Shown here piece by piece: positions 55,529 through 64,000 of a stretch of DNA of 64,000 nucleotides. The notes under the pieces were generated by a model. The model saw only the letters and a list, made by a program, of their open reading frames with translations, ran no database searches and was not told the DNA's origin. Within the stretch, counting starts at the first letter, position 1; each line of letters starts with the position of its first letter. The translations under genes were made by a program, and so were the position numbers. Origin of the DNA: Macrostomum lignano (lineage: Eukaryota). Location of the stretch: NCBI GenBank assembly GCA_002269645.1, contig NIVC01000137.1, positions 124,001 through 188,000 of the forward strand. The letters are read 5' to 3'.

Positions 55529-57124
55529 ATGATAAAGTTTGCTAGATCCTCTTCTTTATCGGATCTTACTTTTGGTGATCAAGACCAAGCATGCGAAGCA
55601 AGTGCCCGTACGCAAGAGACGCCGAAAGAGTACCGTCCAAAAAGTCAACTGAAGCCTCCACAGCAGCAAGAGAGCGACTACGTGTGCAGCTCGGAGCTGG
55701 GCTTCGGCGGTCACATGATTTTAAACCGGGTCATGAAGTCGAAAAAGACATTCCACGCCAAAGATCATCAGCAGGAGAAGCCGCTTCAATCCATACTGAA
55801 AAAGAGTACATCATCGCAGGTACTGATGGATTCCGGTAGCATCGGCAGCAACAGCAGCAGCAGCAGCAGGCGCATGCAGCATCCCCCGAGTACGCTTGAC
55901 GCCTACAATTCAAAGCACAGTTCTCGAATGCAACAACGAAGCCACGAGTCGCCAAAGAAGGAAGCGGCGAAGCACTATTACGTGCTGGACACAAGCGCTG
56001 CTGCACACGGGCAGCTGTCAAAGCAGAGTCTGGGCAGCCACCTGTCCAAATCTACGGCCAACGTGGCGCAGCCGCAGGCTCCACGGCACAGGAAGGCGAT
56101 ACAAGAAAACACCTATCAGCCGATCGTGAAAGCTATCGAGATCAAGCAGGGCAAGCTATTCGTGGAGACGGCCCCAATGCCGAGCCAGAAGCCGACTCAG
56201 GCGTCGTCCAGCAGCGTGAGACGAACCAGCAGCAACGAGAGCAGCTCCTCGAGTTCACTGCATCGAAGGCCTCGGGTGCAGAAGCGGCCCAGCTTTGGCA
56301 GCACCTTCGTCGAGGTGACCAAAGAGGATCCGGAGAGGAGCAGGAGCAAGGCTGAACAGTTGGCAGCTGCAGCATCAAAGTCTCACGGCAGAGGCTCGGA
56401 CTACATGTACATCTCAGATGAGCAGCTGAAGCAGCAGAGGGCGCAGCGGGGAGCCGGCGACTACACCACTCTGCCGAAGAAGTCCGGTCATCAGCAGCAG
56501 CACTCCAGACAGACAAGCGATGGATCTTATCACAGCCAGCAGGCGATGTCGGACACCCAGCAGCACCTGTCCTCGCAGGATATTTACGGTCGCAGAATTC
56601 CTATTCGAACGGTTTCAAAGTCGGAGTCGGGCAGGTACATCGATCCCAGCGCCGACGACGGCATGTCAATCGACATTGACAGGGCCTCCGACCTCAACTC
56701 GTCGTTGTACTCGGACCCAGTGGGTTCCAGCTGCGGCCCCAGCGCCAGCCAAGTTGCTGCTATGAAGAAGCCGAAGTCAATATTGAAGAAGCCCAAGTCA
56801 AAGGAGCAGCAGCTAGCCAGGAATAAGTCTAGCGATTTCATATTTAGCTACGAGAATCCAACCATCCTGGCCACGTTCGATGCAGCAGAAGACGCTACTG
56901 TTAGCACAAGGCCTAAGAAGGAGGCATCTATTCCCACATTTGAGGAAGAGAATCTGAAAGCAAAGATGAGCAGATATTTTAGCTATGACCAGCTCAGCAC
57001 TGTTGGCCTCGGGGCCAGCAATGAAGCAGCTGAGGAAGCAGCAACGGCGCTCCGGCATCACGCGAAGGTAAGCCAGAGAGCAGTGCGAGACGCCTCAAAT
57101 GCGGGTCTGCCCAATATTGAGTAG
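55529..57124 (+). CDS. 531-aa Ser/Gln/Lys-rich, probably disordered protein of unknown function
   Basis: Long open frame in an AT-rich background with exon-like GC content. AATAAA at 57141-57146 follows the stop. No recognisable folded domain. Confidence 0.72.
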   Translation: MIKFARSSSLSDLTFGDQDQACEASARTQETPKEYRPKSQLKPPQQQESDYVCSSELGFGGHMILNRVMKSKKTFHAKDHQQEKPLQSILKKSTSSQVLMDSGSIGSNSSSSSRRMQHPPSTLDAYNSKHSSRMQQRSHESPKKEAAKHYYVLDTSAAAHGQLSKQSLGSHLSKSTANVAQPQAPRHRKAIQENTYQPIVKAIEIKQGKLFVETAPMPSQKPTQASSSSVRRTSSNESSSSSSLHRRPRVQKRPSFGSTFVEVTKEDPERSRSKAEQLAAAASKSHGRGSDYMYISDEQLKQQRAQRGAGDYTTLPKKSGHQQQHSRQTSDGSYHSQQAMSDTQQHLSSQDIYGRRIPIRTVSKSESGRYIDPSADDGMSIDIDRASDLNSSLYSDPVGSSCGPSASQVAAMKKPKSILKKPKSKEQQLARNKSSDFIFSYENPTILATFDAAEDATVSTRPKKEASIPTFEEENLKAKMSRYFSYDQLSTVGLGASNEAAEEAATALRHHAKVSQRAVRDASNAGLPNIE

Positions 57125-58358
57125 GCCCGATATTTAAACAAATAAATGTTGTTCGGCATCTGTATGCTTCAGTTTTCCTGGTTTTGGTTGAGTTTGTGGT
57201 GGGATCATAGCTAGAACTCAGCAGTTGCAGGTATTCAATTAAATCTTTGTTTGCCCACCTTTTTCCTTAAACAATTTTAATGTCTATGAATTGTGTCGTG
57301 ACTCCTTGTTGTTGTTTTTTTGTTTATCTTAACTATAACTGTTTTGCTGATTTTGTCTTGATGACTTCCATCCCGTGTTGTCTGCTTTCATGCTTCTTTA
57401 ATTTATGCCATTTTGCGTGTGTTTGCCTTTATTTTTGTATGTGCAGTTCCAGCATTAGGTAACTCTCCATCCAATCTATACACCCCAGAATCCCGCGCAC
57501 GTACTCGGCATACTGTTTATACAGAGCAGAACAGAAGCTATATGTCCAAGAGAACAGGAAGGTCAGAAATGAGCTGTCAAGCAGAAGAAATGCCAAATAG
57601 GAATAACGCAGAGGATAGACAGGGGACAGTGAGAGGTGGGTCAGAGAGGTTGAGTTCGCTAATAATGATGCCACTCGTTTCAAACAGGTAAGGCAACCTG
57701 GGGGGCATGCTTGCACTCGGTGCCAGCCATAGTCGGCCAAGGCACAGGAGTGGGGCAGTGGGGCACAGCAACACAGCCACCTGCAGCTCATTCTAATTCC
57801 TATTTTCTCTGACTATTCGACGACCAGTCGGGCGGGAGGGGCTTTCTATTCGTCCTTTTTTGCATACTGCGCCATTTGTTTTGTGCGTTTAATTCTTTAT
57901 TTTCTAAAGAGAGAAGGGTACGTACGTGTACAAGCAACAGAGCTTCGACTCTGTGTGCATTTATTTGTGTGTGTGTGTGTGTATATAGAAGCGGCGATCC
58001 TATTAGCCTCAAATAAGGTCAGTGTTTGAAACGAGAGAAAAGAACAATCCGGTTTCCCTATGCAGTCTCTGATTTTTCTATATAGCTCCGATCTCTGTTG
58101 AACGCAGGTAAGAAAATAAACACACTTTCTTTCTTCCAAAGCAGAAGTTCAGCATATTTTAGCAGGGTCACAGTTTGAACTGAGACTTTCTTCGAATCTC
58201 TCGATCTTTTTATCGCAACTGGTCTCAAAGGAATTTTTCACTGCGTCATTGCGGCACGCCTTAAATATACCTACCTGAGCACTAATTATAAAGTCGACTC
58301 AACCGAACTGCCTTCGTTTCGGCTTTCGGGGTTAATTTACAAAAAAGCACGACCAAAA

Positions 58359-63472
<5,114 letters not shown>

Positions 63473-63549
63473 GTGAGGGGGGGCAGTTTAACAAATGGTG
63501 GATTCAATCTTCGAACTATAAATTATTCAATTATTCAAACTACAATTTT

Positions 63550-64000
63550 ATAATTACTATAATTACTATAATTACTATAATTACTATAATTACTATAATT
63601 ACTATAATTACTATAATTACTATAATTACTATAATTACTATAATTACTATAATTACTATAATTACTATAATTACTATAATTACTATAATTACTATAATTA
63701 CTATAACTACTATAATTACTATAATTACTATAATTACTATAGTTACTATAATTACTATAATTACTATAATTACTATAATTACTATAATTACTATAATTAC
63801 TATAACTACTATAATTACTATAATTACTATAATTACTATAATTACTATAGTTACTATAATTACTATAATTACTAAAATTACTATAATTACTATAATTACT
63901 ATAATTACTATAATTACTATAATTACTATAATTACTATAATTACTATAATTACTATAATTACTATAATTACTATAATTACTATAATTACTATAATTACTA
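63550..64000. repeat. 9-bp (ATAATTACT)n array, SHANK intron 6
   Basis: Tandem to the window end. Confidence 0.98.

Overview
Intron-containing animal genomic DNA, rich in repeats. The GC-rich exons, minisatellite-filled introns and gene set suggest a flatworm such as Macrostomum; that assignment is inference. Host genes reconstructed by hand from splice sites are: the 5' part of UBA1 (minus, runs off the left edge); an ankyrin-repeat TRP channel whose pore and TRP-box region looks TRPM-like (44546-52182, +); an intronless ferritin nested in that channel's last intron; a two-exon ubiquitin-fold-like protein (minus); a 531-aa low-complexity ORF; and the first six coding exons of SHANK (+, runs off the right edge). 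A tandemly duplicated cassette (copies about 10.5 kb apart) carries a C-type lectin gene disrupted by a 38-bp minisatellite and a large membrane protein with apparently inactive LRAT/NC-like domains and paralog-specific repeats. The rest is decayed mobile DNA (two Gypsy remnants, a LINE, a Tc1 derivative, a THAP fragment, TIR elements, a SINE) and many mini- and microsatellites. There is no CRISPR array, rRNA or convincing functional tRNA. No database searches were run: family assignments come from motif recognition.
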